64,000 nucleotides of DNA from Thermoplasmata archaeon (GTDB lineage: Archaea; Thermoplasmatota; E2; DHVEG-1): positions 122,434-186,433 of the forward strand of contig JAHWGJ010000001.1 in assembly GCA_020054475.1 (NCBI GenBank), in the 5' to 3' direction. Shown piece after piece: positions 18,034-28,147 of this stretch. A model generated the notes under the pieces. It was not told the origin of the DNA. It saw only the letters and a list, made by a program, of their open reading frames with translations, and did no database searches. The stretch's first letter is position 1. Every line of letters begins with the position of its first letter. The position numbers and the translations under genes are program-made.

Positions 18034-19398
18034 TCATATTTTTTTTGATAAAATATTAGCAGAAACTTCAAATGATAAAAATAGTAAAATTATCTCTATT
18101 AACAAAATTATGAGATAAAAAATGATATCATTTGAAAGAAACAAATAAAAAATATTTGTAAAAGAATAGGAAATACCTAAAATAAAAAGTATGATCATAG
18201 ATACACTATAAAGTAGCATTATATCTGATTTTTTACCAATGTATTTAGCTCCAAGAGGAAATGAAATAATTACACCCGCTAAGTAAGAGAAAACAAAAAA
18301 CCAAATTAAATAAAATATAGATTCACCCATTGTAAATGCTGAGAAATATGCAATAAAAGGAATCGAACAAAGAAACGGTAATAATAATGAAAAACTTTTG
18401 CCATAAATGATAGTCTTTTCAGATATTGGCATATTTCGAATTATCCATAAAGTATTTTCTTCATTTAGAAATAAATTTAAAGAAATGAAAACAGAAGAGT
18501 AGATTGTCATTATATATATTCCAAAAAAGGCATAAATCTCCTTAGAAAATAATGAAACAATCAATCTTAGACTTTCAGGTAAAAAATCACTATCCCCAAA
18601 AACAGCAAAATATCCTGAAAAAAAACCAATAAAAACAGAGGTGAAAAGAATGCTAATTAATAATTTATCACGCCATAATATGATAGATTCTTTTAAAAAA
18701 ATTGCTTTTTTAATCCCTGATTTAAAGTTATTATAACTCTCTTGTTTTCTTTTTTTACGATGAACAAATAAATATGATTCAAAGCTATGATTTAAGCTAA
18801 TAATTAGATATAGGAAAGAAAGAATTGTAATAATTATAATTGATAGTATATCATTCCAAAACCATAAACAAACTAGAAAAACTACTACAGGGATAATTCG
18901 ATATTTTTTTTTATTATAAATATGAATGGGAACGATAGTACCTAATATAATTGATAATATGACGCCAATAAGAAATTGCAAATATATTAAGGGATAAGAT
19001 AGATTAATACCAATATTATAAATAAAAATATGATAAATTGATGAGAAAAAAACCCATAAACCAAGTTGAATCCAAAAGATAAGCAAAAATATTTCAAATA
19101 ATGATTTTAAATTTGAAACGGGTAATGATAATATATATACAAATGGTTTTGAGTTAATATAATATCTATAAAAATCAACCGAAGTTTTAATCAAAAACAT
19201 AAAAAATATTACAAAGAAAACATCTGATAAATTAATTGAAATATCATTTTTAATAAAATACTTTGTTAGCATTGCCATCATTGCAATTGAAAATAGTATC
19301 ATAATAAAAAATAGGAAATATAAAATTGGGGAGCTTTTGATATTTCTTTTTAGATTTCTGATTATATCTGTTAAAATCAAATTATATGTTTCAAGCAT
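18034..19398 (-). CDS. Polytopic membrane protein, probable ABC-2 type permease partner
   Basis: 454 aa with at least 10 hydrophobic helices. Its start abuts the stop of the ABC ATPase gene (19399). Confidence 0.45.
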   Translation of the reverse strand: MLETYNLILTDIIRNLKRNIKSSPILYFLFFIMILFSIAMMAMLTKYFIKNDISINLSDVFFVIFFMFLIKTSVDFYRYYINSKPFVYILSLPVSNLKSLFEIFLLIFWIQLGLWVFFSSIYHIFIYNIGINLSYPLIYLQFLIGVILSIILGTIVPIHIYNKKKYRIIPVVVFLVCLWFWNDILSIIIITILSFLYLIISLNHSFESYLFVHRKKRKQESYNNFKSGIKKAIFLKESIILWRDKLLISILFTSVFIGFFSGYFAVFGDSDFLPESLRLIVSLFSKEIYAFFGIYIMTIYSSVFISLNLFLNEENTLWIIRNMPISEKTIIYGKSFSLLLPFLCSIPFIAYFSAFTMGESIFYLIWFFVFSYLAGVIISFPLGAKYIGKKSDIMLLYSVSMIILFILGISYSFTNIFYLFLSNDIIFYLIILLIEIILLFLSFEVSANILSKKI

Positions 19399-20091
19399 TT
19401 ATTCAGCCTCAGAAAAATAGGCCTCTTCAATAGTTACATATTTTTCAATATATTTTTCAACTCCACCATAGGATACTATTTTTCCTTTTCTTAAAAAATA
19501 AACCTCATTTGCGACTTGTTCTACTAATTGAGGAGAGTGTGTTGCTATTACTGTTGTTCCATTTCTATCTTTAATAAATTTTTTTAATGTTTTTGAAGTT
19601 AAAGGATCTAAACCCCATACAGGTTCATCTAATAGTAAATTATTTGGCTCATGTATCATTGAGGAGATTAGAGAAATTTTTTGTTTCATACCTTTTGAAT
19701 ATGAGCCTAATTCATAATCTAAAAAATCATCAATATCTAAAATATTTGAAAGATCATTAATTTTTTTCTCAGTATCTCTAATTTTTCTTATAGATCCAAT
19801 ATAGAAAAGAAATTCTCTACCAGTTAATCGATCATACATATACGGCATTTCTGGAAGATATCCAATATGTGTTAAGGCCTGAATCGATTTATTTATTATT
19901 GAATATTCATCTATAATTATTTCACCAGAATCAAATGATATTACGCCTGAACATATCTTCAACAATGTGCTTTTTCCAGCTCCATTTTCACCCATAATTG
20001 CTGTTACTTTTTTATTTTGAAAAATTAGATTTACATTATTTAAAGCAGTTATTTTATCATATTTCTTTGTTAAATTTTTAATAATAATCAT
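19399..20091 (-). CDS. ABC transporter ATP-binding protein
   Basis: Walker A GENGAGKSTLLK, signature-like YSKGMKQKISL, Walker B LLLDEP, H-loop VIATHS. Confidence 0.85.
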   Translation of the reverse strand: MIIIKNLTKKYDKITALNNVNLIFQNKKVTAIMGENGAGKSTLLKICSGVISFDSGEIIIDEYSIINKSIQALTHIGYLPEMPYMYDRLTGREFLFYIGSIRKIRDTEKKINDLSNILDIDDFLDYELGSYSKGMKQKISLISSMIHEPNNLLLDEPVWGLDPLTSKTLKKFIKDRNGTTVIATHSPQLVEQVANEVYFLRKGKIVSYGGVEKYIEKYVTIEEAYFSEAE

Positions 20092-20160
20092 TTTTTTCAG
20101 AATAAACTTACTACTATATAATATAATAAAAAAAATTTTTATTAATAATTTAAATAATAT

Positions 20161-20358
20161 TTATATATCATCAAAAATGAATAATTCATCGATTGAAGTT
20201 TTTAGGATTTCTGCAATTTTATGTGCAAGTTTTAATGATGGATTATAATTACCTTTTTCTATAAAATGTATTGTTTCACGTCTCACTCCAACTTTTCTAG
20301 CTAAATCTTCTTGTGTATAGTCATATCTTGCTCTTAATTCCTTAATTCGTGTCCTCAT
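20161..20358 (-). CDS. XRE-family HTH regulator (65 aa, YozG-like)
   Basis: [48 protein letters not shown]. Its start overlaps the upstream stop by 1 nt (TAATG). Confidence 0.8.
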   Translation of the reverse strand: MRTRIKELRARYDYTQEDLARKVGVRRETIHFIEKGNYNPSLKLAHKIAEILKTSIDELFIFDDI

Positions 20359-20774
20359 TAAATATCTCCCTTCCGCATGAAATAGAAGTTAAATACAAAG
20401 AAGCAAATTGCTGAAAGAAGAATAATTGCTGCAATAACTTGACCTGCATTTAAAGGTTGAAAATTTGAATTTTCTGCAAAAATATTATACCACAGTATTC
20501 CTACTGAAATCCATATTGTTGCAAAATATGTGTATGCCCCTGCTTTCCAATTTAATTTTTTTGCTCTTTCATCTTCACTTGGTAATCCTGCTCGTAAATT
20601 TTTTATTTTATCCCAAATTAGTATCATTGTTCCAATTACAAGAAAAATTGGAATAATTATCAAAAAAATTTCTCCTAAATTTAAAGTTTTTGATCCTAAA
20701 ATATAAAATAATACTAATATTAAAACAGATATTCCTACTAGTGTCATGATAATAATATTTTTTATTTCTTTCAT
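20358..20774 (-). CDS. 4-TM membrane protein preceding the XRE gene (DUF2178-like arrangement)
   Basis: Gene order of membrane protein plus small XRE regulator plus ABC pair. SD AGGTGA before the ATG. ORF 20465..20656 (+) is a shadow. Confidence 0.4.
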   Translation of the reverse strand: MKEIKNIIIMTLVGISVLILVLFYILGSKTLNLGEIFLIIIPIFLVIGTMILIWDKIKNLRAGLPSEDERAKKLNWKAGAYTYFATIWISVGILWYNIFAENSNFQPLNAGQVIAAIILLSAICFFVFNFYFMRKGDI

Positions 20775-20783
20775 TTTTTCACC

Positions 20784-21110
20784 TTAAATAAAAAATTGAT
20801 ATATAAATACAGCAAAGATAATGATGCCAAGAATAGTGGTTATACCAAATATTTTGAATAATTTCTTTTGGATTTCAGGATTGTTCCTTTTTTCTCCTAT
20901 AAAAATCTTACTTATTATCTGGGTGCCGATACTAATTGTTCCTATATTGATTGCGAAAAATATTGGCCAAATCCAATTTTTTAAGAAGGAGTACCCCAAT
21001 GATATTAAAAATCCTTCGATTTCATCTGCAAATATCCAGCCCATAGCTGAGACAAGTATTATTGAAAAGTATCCAATAATAATTAATTTATTTTTTTCTA
21101 ATTTTCTCAT
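20784..21110 (-). CDS. Membrane protein (108 aa, 3 TM), first gene of the operon
   Basis: SD GGAGG lies 7 nt before the ATG. ORF 20821..21132 (+) is a shadow. Confidence 0.4.
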   Translation of the reverse strand: MRKLEKNKLIIIGYFSIILVSAMGWIFADEIEGFLISLGYSFLKNWIWPIFFAINIGTISIGTQIISKIFIGEKRNNPEIQKKLFKIFGITTILGIIIFAVFIYQFFI

Positions 21111-21522
21111 ATTTTTTCCTCCAATTTTATAATTTTTATATATAGCTCATTTTTTGTTTTATTTAACATTTTATTAATTTTTTCTAACATTATGTTATAT
21201 ATATTTAACATTTAGTACTTAAAGATTTCTGCCATATTCTCAATACAAAAAACAATAATCATCAATAAAAATCTAAATAATGTTCAACAAATAACTTGAT
21301 CAATATAATTCATCTATGGAAATCTAAAATTTATTATATACAATTTTTACCAAGAAAGATTAAAAGAATCGATATAAAGATTATTTTTTAAGATTTTATT
21401 TCACATTATTAGGACAATATAGATAATTTTCTATAAAAAATAGATAAAATCTCAATAATTTTCTTTTTTGTTATTTTAACAGGTTTAGTTTATATATGAT
21501 TAATTCAAAAATGTAATTTAAG

Positions 21523-21633
21523 ATGATAAGGTGTAACATAGAATTCAAAGAAGGTAGTGACGAGGAATATAAATACCTTCAAAATTTAGTTTTTAAATAT
21601 TGTGCTATTAGAAATGTATGTTTAAATGATTAA
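21523..21633 (+). CDS. Candidate mini-ORF (36 aa), first of a pair
   Basis: MIRCNIEFKEGSDEEYKYLQNLVFKYCAIRNVCLND. Shares a GS.EEY..L..L motif with the next mini-ORF. Confidence 0.2.
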   Translation: MIRCNIEFKEGSDEEYKYLQNLVFKYCAIRNVCLND

Positions 21634-21651
21634 ATAAATTGTGGTGTTAAT

Positions 21652-21750
21652 ATGGAAAATCGGGTGGGAAGTAAGGAAGAATATGCTTTTCTTGAAAGGT
21701 TAATTAAAGAGAAAAAAAAGATAAATGAAATAATTATATTTTTTCATTAA
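21652..21750 (+). CDS. Candidate mini-ORF (32 aa), second of a pair
   Basis: MENRVGSKEEYAFLERLIKEKKKINEIIIFFH. Confidence 0.2.
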   Translation: MENRVGSKEEYAFLERLIKEKKKINEIIIFFH

Positions 21751-21766
21751 TGATTTAATCTATTCT

Positions 21767-22069
21767 TTAATCACACAATTCAAGTAAAAAATATACTACT
21801 GGAGTTATTGAGATTCCACCCATTATAATTCTTTTAATACTGTCCTCACAAATTTCTATGTCTAAATTATAGACTGGTTTAAAGCCTATAGATCCAATTA
21901 ATATATGCCCATACAAAACTTGATCTTCTTCACAAATAGTAAAACTACCGATAGCTCTTATTTGTGTTCTACCAAAAATTCCTTAGTCGTTTGGCTCAGC
22001 TATTACAGGAATTGTTGTAGCTAGCATCATTAAAATTATTCCGGATATTACTAAAAATTTGTTATTTAT
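21767..22069 (-). pseudogene. Small secreted protein gene with ATA at the start position and one in-frame TAA (21983..21985)
   Basis: Hand translation (ATA)NNKFLVISGIILMMLATTIPVIAEPND-stop-GIFGRTQIRAIGSFTICEEDQVLYGHILIGSIGFKPVYNLDIEICEDSIKRIIMGGISITPVVYFLLELCD. The first part reads as a clean signal peptide. SD-like GGGAG lies 7 nt before the ATA. Confidence 0.45.
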
Positions 22070-22351
22070 AATAATACTCCCAAAAAATAATAGATGTTAA
22101 TGAATATATAAAAGCTATTATTATAAATTTGGACAATTAGTTATTAACGTTAATTATAATTATAAATATCAATAAAATTTTGAATAATTATTATGGTTAA
22201 TTGTAATATTAGATATCAAATTTGCTATAGGAAAGCCAAATTGTATCAATAGAGGTTATTATTATTGATTTTATTGTTTTTTTTTATATTAAATTTGACT
22301 AATCAAATTTTTCGGACATGAATACAATGCTGTAGTTATTTGATACAACTC

Positions 22352-23779
22352 TTAAATTGAATGACCTAGTTTATTTATATACATCTTTGCCCATGTGAAT
22401 GATATAACAGATCCAATAAGATTTGCTATTACTAAGGCCCACCAAATTCCAATTAAATTTAAATCAAAAACAAAAATAAATATTAATGCTAAAATTGGGG
22501 TTAAGACAACAGTTCTCATAAGTGTTGCAATTAACGCATAGGTTCCTTTACCCGTTCCTTGAAATATTGCCGATGATGCTATTCCAAATGCAGCTCCAGG
22601 ATAAAAGAAAATTGTAATTCTTAAAAATAATTCAAGCCCATCCTGAATTCGAATGGAATCTGGAGATGTTGTAAATATTGCAGTGATCATTGGGGCAAGC
22701 AAAAAAATTGCTAAGCCAATAATAATTTCAATAATTAAACCGATTTTTATCGCATACATAAAAGCGGTATTTAATTTATCATAAGAACGCGCTCCAAAAG
22801 CTGCCCCGCCTACAGAAGTAACAGCTGTTGCAATTCCCAATAGTGGTAGGACAGCAATCATAACTACTCTCCACCCCGTATTATAAATTGCAACACCATC
22901 ATCTCCATCCCCCACAATAGTAATTACTATTATCAAAATAAGCATTGTAATGGACATTGATAGTTGTTGCACAGAAGCAGGTAAACCTACTTTAAAAATA
23001 TCTTTTATAATTTCTTTATTAAATTTAAATTTAATAAAATTAAAATTTACATACGTATCTTTCCTAAAAAATAACCAATAAATGAGAATTAATGAAGATA
23101 AGAACATTGATAAAATTGTGGCATAAGCTGCTCCAGTTACTCCATATCCAAATGTATAAATAAAAATTGGATCGATTACAATATTTAAAATTGCTCCAAA
23201 CATCATAGCATACATTGCTCTTTTTGCATCTCCTTCTCCTCTTAATATAGCATATGCAACGTTTGAAAAAAATAAGAAAATCCCGCCGGCAAAAATAACT
23301 CTACCATAAGAGACGGCCATATTTGCAGCTTCTTTTGCACCTATTAAAATGAATATATCTTCAGCAAATATGTAAAACAATATCGAAAAAATTATTGAAA
23401 TAACTAAGGTAATAATAATTGAATGTACTGCAACATTATCTGCACCAAATTTATCTTTTGACCCAATTCTTCTGGAAATTGCTGAACTTGCTCCAACTCC
23501 AATCCCTGTTGATATTGAGATCATCATCATAAAAAATGGCATTACAAAGCCTACTGCCGCTAATGCTCCTGTACCAATCTCAGTGATTATTTCATTTGTA
23601 AAAACTTCTTGACCAAAACCTGAAACCCAAAGAGCATCGAATAGATTATAGATCGTATGAGCGGACATTGCAATAATCATTGGAATTGAAAGAGCGATAA
23701 TTGCCTTTTTTGGCTCACCCAATAGAGTTTTTACTCCCTTTGTTTCATTTATTTTACTTTTGTTCACGGAATAGGACAT
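22352..23779 (-). CDS. MATE family efflux transporter
   Basis: 475 aa, 12 TM. The N-terminal LLGEPKKAIIALSIPMIIAMSAHTIYNLFDALWVSG and overall pattern are typical of MATE/NorM proteins. Confidence 0.85.
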   Translation of the reverse strand: MSYSVNKSKINETKGVKTLLGEPKKAIIALSIPMIIAMSAHTIYNLFDALWVSGFGQEVFTNEIITEIGTGALAAVGFVMPFFMMMISISTGIGVGASSAISRRIGSKDKFGADNVAVHSIIITLVISIIFSILFYIFAEDIFILIGAKEAANMAVSYGRVIFAGGIFLFFSNVAYAILRGEGDAKRAMYAMMFGAILNIVIDPIFIYTFGYGVTGAAYATILSMFLSSLILIYWLFFRKDTYVNFNFIKFKFNKEIIKDIFKVGLPASVQQLSMSITMLILIIVITIVGDGDDGVAIYNTGWRVVMIAVLPLLGIATAVTSVGGAAFGARSYDKLNTAFMYAIKIGLIIEIIIGLAIFLLAPMITAIFTTSPDSIRIQDGLELFLRITIFFYPGAAFGIASSAIFQGTGKGTYALIATLMRTVVLTPILALIFIFVFDLNLIGIWWALVIANLIGSVISFTWAKMYINKLGHSI

Positions 23780-24134
23780 TAGGATTTAATATTTCAATTT
23801 TATTATTAAAAATGAAAAAAAGCATTAAAATTCGTTTTATTTTATAATTTTTATAACTCATCGATTTTTTTATTTGATATAATATTATCAATAATAGAAA
23901 AAAAAATAATACATCAAAACGCTCAGTAATTTCCATTTTATTTATTATTTAGCAAAATTGGAGTTAAATCACATAATATTTAAAATTGGTATTTTTCTTA
24001 ATTAATAAGGCATATTTTCATTTAATTATTGAATGATTACTAAGTTTTTTTCATAATTTTATTAATTTGATCAAAACTATTAGAGAATCATTTTTATATT
24101 AATAAATTCTTTAAATTAATTGGAGGGACGCATA

Positions 24135-24608
24135 ATGAAAAGAAAATTATTAGTTATTGGATGTTTTATATTATTATTACTAACTTCATTACCACTGGTT
24201 AATAGTAATGAATCAAACAATAGTATCCAAACAAATAATACCAATCTATCAAAATGGGAATTATTTACATCATGTTATATAGAAGCTGAAGGTGAAATTG
24301 CCTATAATATTGACTGGCCAGCAATTATTAAAATGCCAAACATGTGGAAATCATTTTGGTTTAGACCATTCAATGATGATAAAGCAATAGTATCATATTG
24401 GATGTTAGTATTCAAATTTGATTCAATTGTAAAAATATATAGTGAAGAAAATGGTGATCTTCTTTGGGAAAATTATGGATCAAATTATCCTCAGTTAAAA
24501 ATATTTGGTTTTTACGGCAATTATATCCCAAGTAATAATGATGAAAATTCCTTCCAAGTTTTATTGAGTGGAAAAGCATTTATTGTTTTAACTAAATTAA
24601 GGGAATAA
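24135..24608 (+). CDS. Secreted hypothetical protein
   Basis: Signal peptide MKRKLLVIGCFILLLLTSLPLVNS. SD GGAGGG lies 7 nt before ATG 24135; the track starts at TTG 24120. Confidence 0.45.
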   Translation: MKRKLLVIGCFILLLLTSLPLVNSNESNNSIQTNNTNLSKWELFTSCYIEAEGEIAYNIDWPAIIKMPNMWKSFWFRPFNDDKAIVSYWMLVFKFDSIVKIYSEENGDLLWENYGSNYPQLKIFGFYGNYIPSNNDENSFQVLLSGKAFIVLTKLRE

Positions 24609-24654
24609 AAAAAATTAATCTTAATATAGTAATATCTTAAATTAGAGTTTATTA

Positions 24655-25326
24655 TTAATCTATTAAATTTACTTTTTCAAAAAGTGGACTTAAATGGAAA
24701 TCAATAGGTAAAATTACTTCTTCCATTATAGTTGATTCAATATTAATTCCCTGATTATAATATGCAGCCCATATAAGTTCAGTGCAATACCATGAATCTG
24801 AAAGTGGATCATTTGGATCATTTGGATTTGAATTTTTTATATGAAATATCCCTGTATATATGTCATATAATGGTACAAATTTTTTCCCGTCTTGGGATTT
24901 TGCAAAATTTATTGAATTTTGAATATCAGAATAACTTGCTATATTTTCTTTGAATCTATATACATAGTCAAAAATATTATTATTATTTACCCATTCTGCT
25001 GTTTCTGTTCTTATCCAAACATTTTCAGCCCCATTTGATTCAATAAATTCATATTCATTTCCAATAATATCAGTAACCATCAATGGATGCATAAAAAATT
25101 GAAGTAATGGAAAAATATTTGCATCAACCCAGCGCCAAACAATATCCCCTGGTTGTAAATTAAGGTTTAAAGAATTTGTTTCTTCCTTTAAACAATTTAT
25201 TGAATCGTCATTGGATGTTTTATAAATTTTATTTTCATTTGAATTAATTTTAGTAGATGATGTGGTCATAGAAAGGCAAATTAACATTATTGTTATGGTT
25301 AGTATTGTTAGAGTTTTATTTTTCAT
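24655..25326 (-). CDS. Secreted permuted papain-like amidase (YiiX/C92-like)
   Basis: Signal peptide. LQPGDIVW...FMHPLMV...EFIESNG...SWYCTELIWAAYYNQG follows the recalled YiiX order (GD.., H, then C..L.W.AY). Confidence 0.4.
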   Translation of the reverse strand: MKNKTLTILTITIMLICLSMTTSSTKINSNENKIYKTSNDDSINCLKEETNSLNLNLQPGDIVWRWVDANIFPLLQFFMHPLMVTDIIGNEYEFIESNGAENVWIRTETAEWVNNNNIFDYVYRFKENIASYSDIQNSINFAKSQDGKKFVPLYDIYTGIFHIKNSNPNDPNDPLSDSWYCTELIWAAYYNQGINIESTIMEEVILPIDFHLSPLFEKVNLID

Positions 25327-25560
25327 ATTTTATCATCTAATAAATTATTTATCTTTAATTGTATTGTATATATTAATAATTTTATATTTTTATATTTATT
25401 GTAAATAATGATTAGGTTTAATTAAATTAATAAAAAATTAATATATTAATTTTTTTAGTTGGGTTTCCTCCAACTTTAGTTTCTTCATAATCCTTAAGTA
25501 ATATTGTATAAAAATTAGAGTTATAATTATATTGAGGATATTTCTATGTATAAATTTCTA

Positions 25561-26607
25561 CTAATAATTGGATATTTTTCTCCATGCATTGTAACCCATT
25601 TTTTCGTTTCCATCTCTATTAATAAGCCCATTTGTATCTCCATCTTCAATATCATGAAGCCAACAGTACATGAATAAATGAAGTGATATTCCTTGATCAA
25701 TTGTTAATGTGCTTGAAAGATTAATAAGAAAATCATATTGTGCTTTCTCTCCACCTGCAAGTCCATATGTAGGCCATCCAATTTCGGTAAAACCAAATGG
25801 CTTTTTAGGCATATATTGAGTAGCAGTAAGATAATAATCTATTGGGATATCTGATGGTTTATTAATACCTTGAACAGAAATTGGATAAGTTGTAAAAGCG
25901 AGGATATCGATTTTTGATTCATTGAACATACTTAATACTTCTAGATTTGCTTCTCTATTTTCTTCTACAATTTCTCTTGAAAAAACACAAAAAACTGTTG
26001 TATCCGGTTTGATATCTTTTATTAAATCATAAATTTCTTCATAAAGACTTACATAATGTTGAAAACCATTTGGATCATCATTTGTATTACCATATTTCTC
26101 ATACCATCGATTAACTTCATTTCCAAGAGAAATATATGCAGGTTTTACAGTATTTACAACATCAATTACTGATAATTTATAAAGGGCTCTCCACTCGGCA
26201 TTGTTCAAAGTAGCATTATTTATATTATCTGGAGTTTTTAATATAAGATTTCCACTTTGATCCTTATCGATAAATGAAAAATGAATTAAAGGAAACATAT
26301 TATTTCTTCTAATATAATTTTTTAAGAAAGTTTCCCCCCACCAACCCTGAAGTTTATCCGCATAATCCCAAAAACCATTTGCCCCTGTTCCTGAAGACCA
26401 AACTGGAACAAATTCAGAGAGTTCCGATGCCTTTAGATAAACATCTTCAATATTTTGGCCAACAGCCGGATTAGGGAGTAATCCCATGAAAAAACCTCTT
26501 GAAGGTAATTCTGGATCATCTATTGAATCTATACAACCCGTAAAAGATATAACTATTATTGAAATAATAAATATTGTAAAAAATCTCATATCTTTTTTTA
26601 ATATCAT
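25561..26607 (-). CDS. Lipoprotein-type glycoside hydrolase, clan GH-A TIM barrel (GH5/GH53-like)
   Basis: Lipobox-like SFTGC. YISLGNEVNRW (acid/base NE) and FGFTEIGWPT (nucleophile E) are at typical spacing. Confidence 0.5.
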   Translation of the reverse strand: MILKKDMRFFTIFIISIIVISFTGCIDSIDDPELPSRGFFMGLLPNPAVGQNIEDVYLKASELSEFVPVWSSGTGANGFWDYADKLQGWWGETFLKNYIRRNNMFPLIHFSFIDKDQSGNLILKTPDNINNATLNNAEWRALYKLSVIDVVNTVKPAYISLGNEVNRWYEKYGNTNDDPNGFQHYVSLYEEIYDLIKDIKPDTTVFCVFSREIVEENREANLEVLSMFNESKIDILAFTTYPISVQGINKPSDIPIDYYLTATQYMPKKPFGFTEIGWPTYGLAGGEKAQYDFLINLSSTLTIDQGISLHLFMYCWLHDIEDGDTNGLINRDGNEKMGYNAWRKISNY

Positions 26608-26623
26608 AAGCCGTCATTGGAAT

Positions 26624-27565
26624 TTATTTTTTCATAGCAACATAGATATCTGCTTCTATCATTTCACCGTCAATATAGTAATGATGTACAAAGTAAAGAT
26701 TTCCATCATCATCTAATGTTGGTTCACCTGCAAATTGGGATATAATTAATTCAGGTTCCTGCCATTCATCTTCAAATTTTATTGATCTATAAACAGCTGG
26801 AGTTCCTAAATAAAATCTATTAAACCATAATTCAGTTCCATCTGAATTTATATATGGCATTCCTTCATCAGATTCAGTATTAACAATTTCGACGTTAACT
26901 GGATTTAGCCATACGCCATCAATCATTCTTGAAAACCAAATATCAGTTCCACCTTTGCCGCCTTCTCTTTCTGAATGATAATATAATTCAGTCCAATTAT
27001 TATGAAAATGTAATTCTCCTACTTCAAATTCAGGGTCAAAATCTGCATTCTCCCAATTCCTCCACTCCCCATTTATATATTCTGATGTAAACCAATGCAA
27101 ACCCGTGTACCCTTGTCTAGCTGTACAAAACCACATAATATCCTCATAAACAAAAGCACAGCCATCAAGAGATAATTTCCAACGATCCTGTAATATAACC
27201 ATTTCAGGTTCAATCCAATCTCCATTAATTTTCTCTGTTACATAAATTCCTGTAACTCCATCTGTTACTTGCTCTTCAACAGGTACTTTAACATCTGGCG
27301 TAAAGAAAAAATAAAATATTTCTTTATCGCTACAACATGGAATAAAAGGTGAATCCTCAGCCCCAGCAGTATTTATGAGTCCAAGCATTGGAACAGGATT
27401 CTCATATTCATTTGAGTGCAATTCAGGTGGAAAAAGATCTGTTTCTGGCGTCATTTTAACTGCATCATCAGGAATAGAATCATCTCTGGATTTATATTCA
27501 ACACATCCAATTAACATATTCATAGATATTAATGATATTATTATAATAGAGAATATTTTATTCAT
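26624..27565 (-). CDS. Lipoprotein with TolB-like (PD40) beta-propeller repeats
   Basis: MNKIFSIIIISLISMNMLIGC lipobox. Repeated ...D..P.....ELYY.S.R.GG.GG.DIW... units. SD GGGTGA lies 7 nt before ATG 27565; the track starts at 27580. Confidence 0.5.
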   Translation of the reverse strand: MNKIFSIIIISLISMNMLIGCVEYKSRDDSIPDDAVKMTPETDLFPPELHSNEYENPVPMLGLINTAGAEDSPFIPCCSDKEIFYFFFTPDVKVPVEEQVTDGVTGIYVTEKINGDWIEPEMVILQDRWKLSLDGCAFVYEDIMWFCTARQGYTGLHWFTSEYINGEWRNWENADFDPEFEVGELHFHNNWTELYYHSEREGGKGGTDIWFSRMIDGVWLNPVNVEIVNTESDEGMPYINSDGTELWFNRFYLGTPAVYRSIKFEDEWQEPELIISQFAGEPTLDDDGNLYFVHHYYIDGEMIEADIYVAMKK

Positions 27566-27702
27566 TTTATTTTCACCCATCCAATATTTATTTTTTATAT
27601 AATTTAAATTTTAATATAATGGTTTAGAATAAATATTTTTAGTAATATTTGGAAAACTATAATCTAGTTAAAAATTAACCATTATTCTAATTATTTTCTT
27701 TA

Positions 27703-28131
27703 TTAATACCAAGATATTACATATGGTTGAGTAATAGTAAATGATCCTAATTGAAAACCTTTTATTGTTTCTTCTATAGATCCAGCATTAGATGAAGAAG
27801 CATAAATTGATAAGGTAACAGGTCCAAATCCATTTATTGAATTTGTTGTAAGAAGATATGAAGTATTTGGTTGAAGAATGTCTCTATGACCCGGCATTAT
27901 TTTATTTATTGACTCATCGTATCCGCCTATAACTGAAAAGGTAAATGTAACATCATAAATGTCTTCATCCCCTCCATTATAAATAAAGGATCCTGCTTTG
28001 CTAAAACCTGTTAGTAAACTAGTGCCAAAAACACCTACTTGCAATTCAGGCCCTGAATCTGCAAGGGATATGGCTGATATTATTGGGAAAATAAATAGTA
28101 ATAAAATCATGGTTGTCAATATTTTTCTCAT
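27703..28131 (-). CDS. Secreted hypothetical protein (142 aa)
   Basis: Signal peptide. SD AGGAGGG lies 9 nt before the ATG. Confidence 0.4.
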   Translation of the reverse strand: MRKILTTMILLLFIFPIISAISLADSGPELQVGVFGTSLLTGFSKAGSFIYNGGDEDIYDVTFTFSVIGGYDESINKIMPGHRDILQPNTSYLLTTNSINGFGPVTLSIYASSSNAGSIEETIKGFQLGSFTITQPYVISWY

Positions 28132-28147
28132 AATTTTTTTCCCTCCT

